Positions 13,045 to 25,810 of a DNA stretch of 64,000 nt are shown piece by piece (the first letter of the stretch is position 1; each line of letters starts with the position of its first letter). The translations under genes were made by a program, and so were the position numbers. The DNA is taken from positions 14,570,001 through 14,634,000 of the forward strand of contig CM059435.1 in assembly GCA_030390025.1 (NCBI GenBank), in the 5' to 3' direction. The DNA comes from Squalus acanthias (lineage: Eukaryota). Under the pieces are notes generated by a model. It searched no databases. It was not told the origin of the DNA and saw only the letters and a program-made list of their open reading frames with translations.

Positions 13045-15400
13045 TGGCTCGGAATTTCCTGTGGTGGCATAATCAGCAAATTACGATGAAATTTACGCCC
13101 ATTGCCACGGCCATTTTACACTGAAATTTCCTGTGCACAGAATGCAAGCAGCGTAAAAGACCAGCATGGTTTAAACGCAACTACTGAGGCCCCAGGGAAC
13201 TAAGGCAGAGTCCTATAAAAAGGTGGGGAAAAAATATAATTCTTCACAGTGAGTTCAAGGTAAGTGGCAGACAGCTCTCTCGCTCAAATTTTTTAAAAAT
13301 AAAATATATTAAAATTTCTGAGTCCAGAGAGTTCCCATTGTCTTAAAAACTTTCCCTTCTCATAGATGACCACTCAGAACGATGTTCAGGCTGGCAGAAA
13401 GGGGGCCTGCAATTCTGCAGAGGACATCCTTCAGGCCCTCCAACGAGATCAAGGGAAGGTGGGACTGACCCGAGCTCCCCGGCAGAGCAGTCAACACGTA
13501 GGATCAGAAGATGGGCATGGAGAGAGAGAGTGCCACCTCCATTACCCCCAGGGCAGCGGGGCAATGCTGTAAAAGGTTTAGTGACCTCACTAGAGTTGGA
13601 AAGGCAAGACACTCCGCATGCTTTCCCTTTCTTCCTCGTCCACCCTGGGTATCATCACACAAGTGGAGCTAGCACTCCCTGATCAGTGAGGTAGTTGCAA
13701 ACCCCTCTCCCCACCGCCCCCCAAAATTTAGTACCAATTTGGCCCCATTGGACCTTCACCTGTTGCGCACTACCCATGCAATGACAATACATGTTGTGAT
13801 AGACTTCAATCCTAATATTTCTTCCCATTTGTCTTTGCAGGGCATGATGTTAGGGAGTGATCAAAATCACATGGTGGGATTCCCGTGCTACCGCAGCACT
13901 GTGGCAGTGGAGGCTGAGGTCAGCATTGACAGTCCATAGTTTGGCGAGTACCTGCACCCGTTCTCTCTCCATGCTCCATGACAGCAGCCCAGGCTGGGAT
14001 GTAGCCAGCAGCAGCTCCGTGCCAGGTGCCAAATGCTGTTAGCAGAGACCGACCACAACCCCATGACCCCTCATCCTGGCATCTGGAGTCCAATATTTGG
14101 TCCAGAAACTGGTACATGGAATAGGAGAGTAGCTGGCCGAAAAGTTTGTCTGGGCACCAGGGTAATGCGGGGTGCCTGGAAGGAGTAGAGTGGCTTTGAC
14201 TGCTGGCTCTACAACCTCCTCTTACTCCTAATTTGTCTGGGGGGTGGGGAAAATTGTCACCGTTATGGTTACTATAATTTTAATTGTTGTCATTTTTGCT
14301 ACTTGGAACTGTTATTTTTCTATAAAAGTTAATAAAGTTTATTGAAGTTCATTAAAGTATAAAATTAAAAAGTAGTTGTAAATAATTGTGAATAATTCAA
14401 AATGAGCTCAACAAAAATTCTTCTTACAAAATAACCAAATACAGTCTATCGGGGATAGAGCGGGGGAATGGGACTGACTGGATTGCTCTAGAGAGCGCCG
14501 GCACGGACTCGATGGGCCGAATGGCCTCCTTCTGTGCCGTTATAACTAGGACAAGAATGAGAAAAAAAGGCAAGTTAACTGCCCTGCTTTGAAGTTTACA
14601 GTTGCAATAAAGCCGTTTTTGAACTCATGTATGGCGGCGTGTGACTAACGTTCCCGCTAAGCTGAGTGGCCACGCAGCAGTCTGGAGGTCCCGCGCAGGC
14701 CACTCATCAGATTCTATATGGAATAAACGGCGCATGCGCGGAAATTTGAATGGGCCGCGCAGCCAGTTAAAGGGACCACGCACAAAAAAAATGAAGAGGG
14801 AACATTCTATGTGACCCTTTTTCACATTCGACCCTTGTAGTGGCACGCAGTCGGTAAAAACCTCTGCCCTCTCAATGCAATACCTGATGCCATCATGCAA
14901 CATCACTTGGCTCCAACACCCTGAGCAGCTCAGGATCTTCCGGCTCCTCTCCCCGTCAAGGCTCGGACATTCCCCTCATGGCAATCCCCCTAACCTTTTC
15001 CAAGGAATATTGCAGGACACTCCTGGATCTGTCCAGGCACCTGAAGCAGCTGTTGAGAAGCTCGAGGGTCCTTTCAACCACCTATGTGGTTGGCTACATG
15101 GACATGGTTACCTCTTCTCTGCTGCATTCTGGGGTTCCCAAACTAGCATTAGCAGCCATGGCATCAAGGGGTATGCCTTTTCACCCAAGAAATGTCCTTC
15201 ACCTCTCCGCTGCTGCCCGCACGTTGTGTACAATGACAGCAGACCCCCCCGCATGCTGGGAATTAATGTGCAAAATGTGCTGCCAGGCATCACAGACAGA
15301 CAGTGATTGGAAACCCTTTCTATTCATGGAGCGGACTGGCTTCTCGTTGGGACATTTTAGTGCCATAGATCGCAAATTTACAACAAATTCCAGGTCTATA
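13045..15400. mobile_element. Decayed PIF/Harbinger transposon with a Myb/SANT-like gene (+) and a DDE transposase (-)
   Basis: Plus strand ~13528-13603 encodes SATSITPRAAGQCCKRFSDLTRVGK. Minus strand ~14960-15362 encodes MNRKGFQSL, FLGEKAYPLMPWLL..PQNAAEKR and VVERTLELLNSCFRCLDRS..LQYSLEKV (HARBI1-like). Boundaries approximate. Confidence 0.75.
14646..14807. mobile_element. hAT-type MITE, same family as 11653-11787, opposite orientation
   Basis: Ends AACGTTCCC / GGGAACATT; shared CTGGAGGTCCCG core; degraded 8-bp TSD cgtgtgac / tatgtgac. Confidence 0.75.
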
Positions 15401-18400
15401 TATTTACAGGAGTTTCAGTCTCCACAGAAGATAGAAAATAACAAAAAATACACCTATTGCATATCAACATAAGTTGGACTATTTTCTGAGTGAAACTTGT
15501 TTATAAACCTCACATGTACCACGACAGAAAAAAAGTCATTACAATATTTTATTTTCGTCACAAAAGGAACAGAAAATTTACTTCATATCCTTCAGTTTCG
15601 ATCTCCCACAAAAACACAGAACAGTTCCTCAATTGTCTGCAGTGTTATTAGATGCTACCATAAGTAACAACAGCATCAGATGTTTGGCGCTCAAGGTCAA
15701 AGCTAAATTATAATTTGAATGCCAATTTTTATCATTTGGTTCAGTTCTTCAAAGCCAACAGATCATCAGAAATCTAGGGTACGGTGGAACTAGCATTATC
15801 CGCATAATGGAGGGGAACCCCCCCCCAAACAAATAGATAAAAGGAAATTGCCAGATACTCGAGTGTCCCCAAATTTTGTTCTTGCATATAAGTGGTACAG
15901 CAATACCCTCGGCACAAGAATATAAATGAAAGGAACTTTTATGTAGTTGCAACATTTCACTCCAGGCTTTGTCCTGCAAAAATTCTAACAAATAATCAGA
16001 AAATCTGTTAAAGGGAGATTTTCCACTTCAGCGCTCCTAGGGCATGTCAGGACCACGTAGCAGGAAATTGCGTGGCCCAGTCCGTAATTTTTTGCCCATT
16101 AATTATAATTGAGGATAATCATGGGCTGGGGACGTGCAAATTCCCAATACATGAACAAAAAAAACCTCCTCTTTAGAGTGCAGATAATGGAGCTTCCAAA
16201 GCATTTGAATTTGACTGACCATGCAAATTACATTCAAAGTTCAAACATTATGTACCCCGCCTCCTGACTGCCACCTTGCCTTCGACAGCTGTTCTCCTTT
16301 TCACCCCTTCTGCTCGCACAAGCACCCATTTTGTCCAACATAAGTTTGCAAAGAGCACTGCATACCTGGAGCAGGAATTTTTCAATTAATAAAAGCAAGC
16401 TTCTCACAATCCACTCTTTAAAGGCTTTGATACTTTGAATATAACTTCATGGCTTAGCTGCTTATATGTTCAAAGCTGGTAAAGCACAACCCAGACCAGA
16501 GATGTGAGGCCAGCAACAAGGTTTAAAACCCTCACAAAACAACCATTAAAACTAAACTAAACGAAGCACTGAAGATTCATTAAAAAGACCAGCTGAAACG
16601 TTCAACGTCATCTCAGAATGGGATTCTGTCAAATATTCAAAGACTGCTGTCTAAATTCACACATACATCCTCCTTCCCCCCCCCAATCCCAAGTGACAGA
16701 AACAATATTTGGCTTCATCTGCATGATTAGTTACTTTGGAACAAATAATGGACCATGGATATTTAAATGCGACTTTAAAACACCTCAAATTCAGGGGGGG
16801 GTTTTCGTGCCTTTAAGAAATCGAACTTTGAAAACTAGATTTTTTTTTTTATACAGTACCCATTATAGGAAGTATTAGGTACTGTACCCAATTCTGTACA
16901 ATTTTCTCCCCTTCCTGCCTCTATTAAAACAAAATATCTGGAAACTGGGGCCCAAGTAAACTGCAAGGCAGACACCATTTAATATTTTCATCAACAATCT
17001 GAATTTTACAAGTATAAGTGCACAAGGAGACTTTGGCACAGAGTCATTCCAATAACCTTTCAAATGCAGCTAGTACAATCCTGCACATTGAGCAGAGACT
17101 GATCACTGTCATAACTGACCGACCTTGAGGCTGCACTTAGCAGTCTGTTACTATAGCAACACCACATTTCATCGGCTACAGTCTGCCTGTAAAGGACCCG
17201 TGTAGTAGGTAACCAGAGAACAATACAATCACAACAAATTTAGTTATTGTTTAGGATTTAAAAAAAACTAAGTACTGTTGACAAGTGGCAATTTTGCATT
17301 ATATCAAGAGTCAGTGGTTATTAAGGCTGTCTTGCTCAAAACCAGCAAGAACCATGGCAGATGGGGGGTCACAAAATCTATTCTCCTCCTTTCTCTCCAA
17401 CCTCCCCCCCCCCCCCCCCACTCCACCTTCCAATTTTCTACCCTCCACTTCTGAAGGTACTGACATCTGCTCGGGCAAGGTACTACTGGTGCTCTCCAGT
17501 GCAAGTGACCATTTGTTTTGTGCGAGTAGAATGTCAGCAGACTGACACTAACTTGAAACGGAAGGAATTGGCCATTAGAAAAAGACACCATTTTTTGAGA
17601 CGTTACCCTGCAACTGACAGGTGAAGATTCGGTTTTGCTCCAAGAAGCACATGTTTATGCCATTACAGCACCAGCCAAGTGCAAATTAAACAGCACCGCA
17701 CAATTCAAGTATGGAACCATAGCTACATTTACTTCTAATACTTTCGGTTAGTTGTAGCAAAAGAAAGCTTCTGTTTTAATGTAGACGAATGATGGAGAAG
17801 GAACGGGGGGAAAAAAAAAATCACTAGAATTCTCTAAATTTCAAACAACTATTTAAAAAATGATTTATCCAACTAGACTGACTCACTCTTAAACACCAAA
17901 TAACAAATGTTTATTGGGTTTCCCTTGGGTTAGTAACCCAATTTAGAAATTCAGATTAACTAAAAATATGCCAACCAACCATTCAGCTTAGTTACAAGGC
18001 CAATCTAGGAGCAAGACTATTAAGTCAATGTTAGTACATTAACTTGGCCTTTTAATGTTTTTAGTACATTAAATAATGTTGACTATGTAATTGTTAACTA
18101 ACAAAAATTCATTTGGAAAGTAGGGTGGAGTTAGTGAACACCAGATCCAAAGTACAAAGCAGAACAGGAGCCATTTTATAAAGATTACAGTAGAGTTTAT
18201 ATAAATAGATCTGAGGAAGGATACTGCTGTTTCACCTTACGCAGTAACAGATTTTCAGGAACAAATCCAGTTTTTAAAATGTAAATGCATAACCATGAAA
18301 AAGGGATAAGAAGCCAAACTGACTCCTTTAAAACTGAATTTTAAACAAAAATATAATTTCGATTCTATGTCTTCAAGGAACCTCATCCTCTCTGCTCGAC

Positions 18401-19199
18401 GCTGAGCAAAGCAATTAGAACATGACAGAAATACATCACACATTCTAACAGTCTAAAAGAACAATATACAGTACTGATAACACTGCCAATGACCCTTCTA
18501 GGACGGGCATTCTCAAACCTGCATTTGGTCTGCCATTCACATTTCCTGCAAAATCCTACAGAAAGCTTCAAATTCCTAATAAAACTACATTTTTGATTCC
18601 ATGGACTAATATTCTAAATTATCCTGTACATCTCATTGTCATTAATATGGCTAGTTATTTATCACTGGGCTTCACTATAATTAAGCATGCACAAGACAGT
18701 GTGTGGCCCAGAAGAAAATGGTACACATATTGAATTCATTAGTTGAATTACAGTCCAGTCCTGACAAACCGCCAAATCTTCAGGTCTTTTAACCACGACA
18801 GTCTCTAGGACTCCTGCTAATGCTTTTTGCTCCATCTGTTAATGAGACAATACAATGATCATTGAGAATTCCTGCTGGTAACAGATTAGTAAGAGCTATT
18901 CAGCTTTCATTACAAGCTGACTTAACCTTTTATAAATCATGGACAGGACAAAACAATGTTAATATGTGTGCAATAGTAGATTATTGCTAAGCCATTCCTA
19001 TATGTACTCCAGTAGTATCAAAGCACCAATTTGTGGGGTTTTAAAAAAAAATCAAACTTAAGTCAGCACTTCAGTCAGCATAGTTTTAGAAGTCCCTCAA
19101 GACCAGGGTTATACCCAAGAATTCACAAAGCATGTGCTTATGGGGCCTAGTACAGTTAATATACACAAAACCTAGGAATTACTATCTTTAACAGAGACA

Positions 19200-19745
19200 C
19201 ACAACAACTTGCATTTATAAGGAACCTTTAATGTAAAGAATGTCTTAACAAGTGGATGTTAAGAAATGGACGGTGAACAAGGACGAGAAAGAATTAGGAG
19301 TGATCGTAAGACCGGTTGAAGAGAAGGATTTTGAGATGGTCTTTAAAAGGTGGAGAGAAAAAGCAGAGGTTTAGGGAGAGTGTTCCGAAGAGGTAGCACC
19401 AAGGTGGCTGAAGACTGCCACCAATGGAGCAAAAAAAGGGGCGGTGGGGGGCGAAGGACATATAGATGGCTGGAGTCAGAGAAACAAAGCATTAAGCAAG
19501 GTTATAGGGTTGGAGGAGATTGCAGAGGTATGATGAGGCTAGGCCACAGAGAACTTTATAATGAGAAAGAGGATTTTAAATTTAATGTGTCGGGGTTGGG
19601 GGTCAGTGTAGGTAACTAAAGACAGGAGTGATGCGTGAGCTGGACTTAGTGCAGTACAGGGTTCATGCGGTGGAATTTTAAACGTTGCAGTTTATTGAGG
19701 GAGCAGGATGGGAGAACAGCAAGAAGAATACTGGAACAGTCAAAT
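19200..19745 (-). mobile_element. Old L2 LINE 3' fragment
   Basis: Begins acaacaacttgcatttata; diverged but colinear with the L2 at 2766. Confidence 0.65.
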
Positions 19746-20040
19746 CAGCATACTTGTGAAAGCCAACCCCATTGGGTGATAAAAATTGGGGGGGGAAGCA
19801 AAGTAGGTAGAATGCCCACTCTAGATAACTACGATTATGATAGTTAAAATCTGTTAATGTGATGGAGAATGCTTGCAGAGTAAAGAAAGCATAAATTCAT
19901 AACTGGGCTATTCTGCCTTTTATAATGACCATAATATATTTTCTTTGCACTGGAAGCTATTGATTGCAAACAATCTGTTCATCACAGATATTACTGCACG
20001 AGAATACTGCATTTTCAGATGTGTTTCAGATAATATATTT

Positions 20041-20428
20041 GGGTACGGTGGTGTAGTGTTTCTTTTACTTAACTAGTAATCCAAAGGCCTGGATTAATAA
20101 TCCAGAGAACATGAGTTCAAATTCCACCAGGGCAGTTAAAAAAAAAATCAGGAAATAAAAACCTGGTATCAGTTTAAAAAAAGTGACACCATAAAGTTAT
20201 CCCATTGTCATATAAACCCAACTGGTTCACAATGTCCTTTAAGGAAAGAAAACCTGCCGTCCTTACCCGGTCTAGCCTGTATGTGACTCCAGTCCCACAC
20301 CAATGTGGTCGACTCTCAGCTGCCCTCTAAGGTAGCCTAGCAAGCCACTCAGTTGTATCAAACTCAGCTCAACTAGGAATGTGCAATAAATGCCGGCCTT
20401 ATCAGCAATTCCCACATTCCGAGAATTA
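20041..20428 (+). mobile_element. tRNA-headed bipartite SINE related to the LINE at 4241-6546
   Basis: A-box-like TGGTGTAGTG and B-box-like GAGTTCAAATTCC; body matches LINE 6300-6510 and tail matches LINE 4250-4320. Confidence 0.75.
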
Positions 20429-20650
20429 ATCGTTTTAAATTAAACAGAAAATCTGTCTACCCATACAGGTTACAGGTTCCATAGCACTATTCCGGGCCAA
20501 CATACTGTCCTTAACCAATAGCATTAACACAAACAAATTAACTAGTCAGTCATTCATTTCAATACAGTATGTGGGATGCTGCTGACGCAATGACTGCCAG
20601 GTTCAACTACACAACAAAAGTCACTGCACTCCAAAGTAATTCATTGTATG

Positions 20651-21644
20651 AAACATAGAAGATAGGAGCAGGAGTAGGTCATTCGGCCCCTCGAGCCTGC
20701 TCCGCCATTCGATGAGATCATGGCTGATCATCCAAACTCAGTACCCTGTACCTGCCTTCTCCCCATATCCCTTGATACCTTTAGCTTTAAGAAATATATC
20801 TAACTCATTCTTGAATATATTTAATGACTTGGCCTCAACTACCTTCTGTGGTAGAGAATTCCACAGGTTCACCACTCTCTGGGTGAAGAAATTCTTCCTC
20901 ATTTCTGTCCTAAATGGCTTACCCGTTATCCTTAGATTATGACCCCTGGTTCTGGACTCTCCGACCATCGGGAACATTCTTCCTGCATCTAGTTTGTCCA
21001 GACCTGTCAGAATTTTATATGTTTTGATGAGATCCCCTCTCATTCTTCTATACTCCAGCGAGTATAAGCCCAATCGACCCAATCTCTCCTCATACGTCAT
21101 TCCTGCCATCCCAGGTAGCAGCCTGGTGAATCTTCGCTGAACTCCTTCCATGGCAAGAACATCCTTCCTCAGATAAGGCGACCAAAACTGCACACAGCAC
21201 TCAAGGTGTGGTCTCACCAAGGCCCTGTACAACTGCAGCAGGACATCCCTGTTCCTATACGCAAACCCTTTCGCTATGAAGGCCAACATACCATTTGCCT
21301 TCTTCACCGCCTGCTGCACCTGCATGCTTACTTTCAGCGACTGGTGCACAAGGACACCCAGGTCTCGTTGCACTTCCCCTTCTCCCAATCTATTGCCATT
21401 CAGATAATAGTCTGCCTTTCTGTTTTTGACACCAAAGTGGATAACCTCGCACTTATCCACGTTATATTGCATCTGCCACGCTTCTGCCCACTCACCCAAC
21501 CTGTCCAAATCATCCTGGAGTTTCTCGGTATCCTCCTCGCAGCACACACTCCCACCCAGCTTTGCGTCATCTGCAAACTTGAAGATATTACATTTAGTTC
21601 CCTTATCTAGGTCATTAATGTATATTGTGAATAGCTGGGGTCCA
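20651..21644 (-). mobile_element. Young 5'-truncated CR1 LINE inserted in an old Deu-SINE tail
   Basis: Uninterrupted 269-aa ORF 20738-21547 (LQDDLDRLGEWA..WQMQYNVDKC..LVRPHLE..RRMRGDLI..TRGH), preceded by KFADD; CR1 3' UTR. SINE sequence at ~20470-20650 resumes at ~21646-21692. Confidence 0.92.
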
Positions 21645-22830
21645 AGTGCTTTGAAGCATGTCTATGTGGTAAGGCACTATAAAAATACAAGTGTTATTAG
21701 ATCACCACAATCCTCAAAGAAGTTCAATCTTTACCCTATACAGAATCTTCAGGAGTACTGCCTCCAACCCACACAAAGAGACAATTCTCAGATTCCAGAC
21801 AGACAAGAGTTCTGGGATTTTCTGTAATCGCCTATTGATAGAATTCAAAAATTTGCATTCCTTGCAAACTTTCCAAATACATAAAATTAGCAATATAAAA
21901 AGCATTAGATAGACGATAGACTTTCGATAGCTACATGAATTAGGCACAGAAATATCAATTTCTAATGCCCGCCCCGGGTCCACCACACCACCCCCCCCCC
22001 CCAAAGCAAAATGCACACAAATCATTTTTCCACGCAGTGAAAGAGTTTAATGAGAGTGCTAAAGTACAGTAGAAATACTGAAAATCAGCATTATTGAGGA
22101 ACTAGCCGTAAAATTGTAAGAAAGACAGTGCCGTCAGACGTTTAAAAAAGTGGAAAGTTACAAAGAGCACTTAACTTGTACACAGAAGAATACTTCTTAC
22201 AGTTTAGGTTGGACGTGATTGTGGCAACACTCGTGTAACCTTAACACAGACCGTGCCATATGATACCGTGGTGGAAGTAGAATTTTGCCATGCATCAGAA
22301 ACAAGGAAAAATTCTAAATTATATCTATTGCCTATGACTCTAGATAGAGACAGCAATGCGCTTTAAAGAGAAATAAAATGATTCTTAAAAAATTCTATTT
22401 CTCGGATCACAAAAGCAGCCAACATACAAATCTTTCCTGATTCAGGTGCATTTCAATAATATTTGCATGTCCTTGGTGCTTTTCCTCAGTATTGTTGCCT
22501 GTATTCAGAAATTAGTAGTGTCAGAAGATTACCTAATGTCTTGGTAATTCCCATTTCAGGTGTTAATGGCTACAAATTTGCAGATCGAGGGAAACTGAAA
22601 TTCATGATTTCTACTCTAAACCCTCAGTGGTTACCTCAAAAGGAACGCAGTTAATGCCATCCTCCATTCAGGGAGTTCAATATTTTTGGAGTTCAGTTCA
22701 TTTTGTTGATTTGCCACTTGGGACTCTGGACAGTCGGCACCCTATTGCCTCACCCATGTACACATATCATTGTGAAGTCTGCTTTTCTCCCAAAGTCTTA
22801 CAGATTATCAGACTGAAATACATTCCGAAG

Positions 22831-23053
22831 ATAAAAATAGAAAATGCTGGAAATACTCAGCAGGTCAGGCAGCATCTGTGGAGAGGGAAACAGAGTTAAT
22901 GTTTCAGGTCGATGACCTTTCGTCAGAACTGGTCTTCGACCTGAAACGTTAACTCTGTTTCTCTCTCCACAGATGCTGCCTGACCTGCTGAATATTTCCA
23001 GCATTTTCTGTTTTTATTTCAGATTTCCAGCATCCGCAGTATTTTGCTTTTGT
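22831..23053. mobile_element. Fold-back pair of Penelope-type terminal repeats with a hammerhead-like core
   Basis: 22831-22912 is nearly the reverse complement of 22937-23018; the minus strand reads CTGACGA-A-AGGTC-ATC-GACCT-GAAA. The Penelope assignment is from recalled family knowledge. Confidence 0.7.
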
Positions 23054-23159
23054 ACATTCTGAAGATGATATTTTAGAAGATTTGAGTACTGATTCAATAT
23101 TTGTTTTCCAAGTAGTTGTACCAGCCTTTCTTATAAAAAAATCCTTACTTATAATGGAT

Positions 23160-23863
23160 TAGTTTGGAATGAAAGTTCTGGCGTCCTGACATGCGCAGTT
23201 AAATGTGGAAATCCGGAAGCTGCTGTCCAATTTGCCCTGCTCCTCCACAAGCTTTGCTACATCCGTACCTCACCGATAGACTCGACATTAAAGTACATGA
23301 AGGGCATGAAATTACTGTACTTACCCACTAGTTACCCCCTAAACACGCCAGAAAAAGTGAGGGCTTGTGCATTCAGCTGTAAGTGAATTTTTAAACGGCA
23401 TGATAAATCTTAATTATTGCCAAACAATCTCTCTGGCCCTGGAGATTTACTTTTACAGGTGTGGAGTCTCATGCCTTCAAATTTTAATAATTGTTGGAAA
23501 AAAAAAAAATTTATTTTTTTTATTTGAATGTTTTTTCCACGTTTCTTTATCTGTTTTATCTCCCTCAATCCCATCTTTCTTTCCCTCATTTTATTTTGTT
23601 TTCGTACATGATTTTACATTGAATTAAATATTCGAATTTCGAACCAACTCAGTGAGAATTCTTCACTCTGATTGGTTGAAGATACACACTGTTGCTTGCC
23701 CTGTTCACACACCCCACAGATCCCCAGTAGAGGGTGCCGCACTGAAAAGGATCCAGAGTAACCGCAAGTTGCCGCTCAAAAACCCACAAAAAGTCAGTGA
23801 GCAGCTGTAAGCGTAGTGATCGGCGAGCGACGTTCCTTCGCCACAGACCACAAAATCCGGGCC
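23160..23863. mobile_element. Non-autonomous DNA transposon (Harbinger-type MITE), left end eroded
   Basis: Right end ..AAAATCCGGGCC; internal similarity to 41520-41860. Confidence 0.55.
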
Positions 23864-25289
23864 AATGTGAAGTGTGGTATTTACCTCTTTTTGGAGTAGA
23901 TAGGAGAGTATGGTGGACATCCCATGTGGTCTCTGTTGTATCAAATCATAATTAAAGCGTAATAGTTAGTACTGTGGCATGCTTTGCCATTTATAGCATG
24001 AAAAAGGGCAGAGCTTTCAGTTGTGTCTACTTATCGAAGCTACTTTTCGACTGTGAACCCAAGTTAAAAGTGTTGCAAGGAATCTGCAAAGAATACAACA
24101 AAAACTGTCTGCAGGAACCTCCAAATGTCAACTCTAAAAATGAACAATTCGCATTTCTCTCGGTAGATGATCACCTACTATGGAGGGCCCAAAGTTGGTT
24201 CAAAACATGGTCAACATGCTACGGTTGCGGTTCACTTGTACAGGGCCAGTGACACCATGTGTTGTGTATTAACACCTTGTACCACGAGCAGTTGAGCATA
24301 AATTCGTTTTCAATTTTAGTCTAGTGAACATGTAGGGAATGGGGAAAAGAGACAGTCACATTGATTGGAGGCAAACTAGTTTTCTAGAAGAATAGAGGGT
24401 AAAGCTGAAGGGAAAGTCCATCTGTGATCGCTTTTGTGCACTTCACAGCAGCAGGCTCTTGATCTGCATTGTAAAAGACCTCATTACACGTAGCCCATCC
24501 ACACTCAGTCACAGGAATGTTACATGAAGGGGGGGGGGGGGTGCGTGTTAAAAACAAGCCTTCACTGCTGTATGCAAGAGTTGAGTACCATAATTTATCT
24601 TCAGTTCCATTTAATGGCTTCTGCACAAAAAGTTTATTTTAATAACATATTCTGAACTGTTCACTCCCACTACATGGCGTGAGTCATCACACTAACTGAC
24701 CAGAATGGTAGAGGCTCAATTGCCTTGGATTGTCTTTAAAAGTGAACCGAACTCTGCAGTCAAACAGGATAGTCCTAGTCTGACCAGAATAAAATACATC
24801 TCTACAGTACTTTAGCTACTCATAGTCATTATGGTTTCAGAATTAAAAAGCATTTTGTCCACAATGGTTATGGTGTGGACCATCCCAGAATCTAGCAACA
24901 CTGTACATTAAAATCACTTTTTGGCTAGTGCCCTTTATTCAGACTGCAGCATTACAGAACTGTAGGAAGCCATTCAACAAAAATATTAGCAAAGCTACAA
25001 AATCTGCCACATGAACATCGATATTTTCTGAACTGAATCTCATGTAAAAAGTTGGATTCATTTTTTTTCCCGCTCGCTTTTTTGTTCCCCATTTTGTTTT
25101 GCACTCATCAGATTTTAGTGCCAGGGAGTAGAACACTCTGCATTTCAGCATCAAGTGCAGTACTCCCAAATCAGGTACAGCACTGTTAGATACCTCCATA
25201 ATTTTCCTGTTCCAATAAAGTGCCGTAGCCCAAACCTCAGAAGAGCACTCACTAATGCATTAGAGTGACATTTTCATCTCACGTCCTGA

Positions 25290-25810
25290 CTCCTCAAAAT
25301 CTCTCCTCCATCGACTCGACTCATGTCAGGATACAATGCCATACTCACTGTTCGCCCGGATGAGTGCAACTGCAGCAACACTCAAAAAGTGCAACAGGAC
25401 AGAGCAGTTCGCTTCTGGACTCAATATCCACTTCTTCCATCATAGGCAACCTACAGAATGCACAGCAGCAACTCACCAAGCTTACTTCAACAGCACCTCT
25501 CTCTCTCTCTCTCTCCCGCCCCCTGCCCCCCCCCCCTCCCCCGGAACCTCTACCACCGAGAAAGATTAAGGTAGAAACACCATCACCTTCAAACTCCCCT
25601 CCAAGTCACACAATCATCCTGACTTGGATAAATATTGCCTCTCCTTCATCATTGCTGGGTCAATGTCCTGGAATTCCCTACTTAACACCATTGTACCATC
25701 ACTCTAAAGACTGCAGCGATTCAAGAAGGCGGCCCACCACCATCTTCTCAGGGCAGCTCGAGATGGGCAATTAATGCAGCCTTGCCAGCATCACACACAT
25801 CCCAGACCAG
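25290..25810 (+). mobile_element. Older 3' fragment of the LINE family at 4241-6546
   Basis: CCCTCCAAGTCACACAATCATCCTGACTTGG..TCCTGGAATTCCCT..GAGATGGGCAATTAATGC is colinear with 4260-4750 minus. Confidence 0.7.

Noticed and set aside
20738-21547. 269-aa ORF as a host gene
   Set aside because: C-terminal part of CR1 ORF2 in a 5'-truncated copy.
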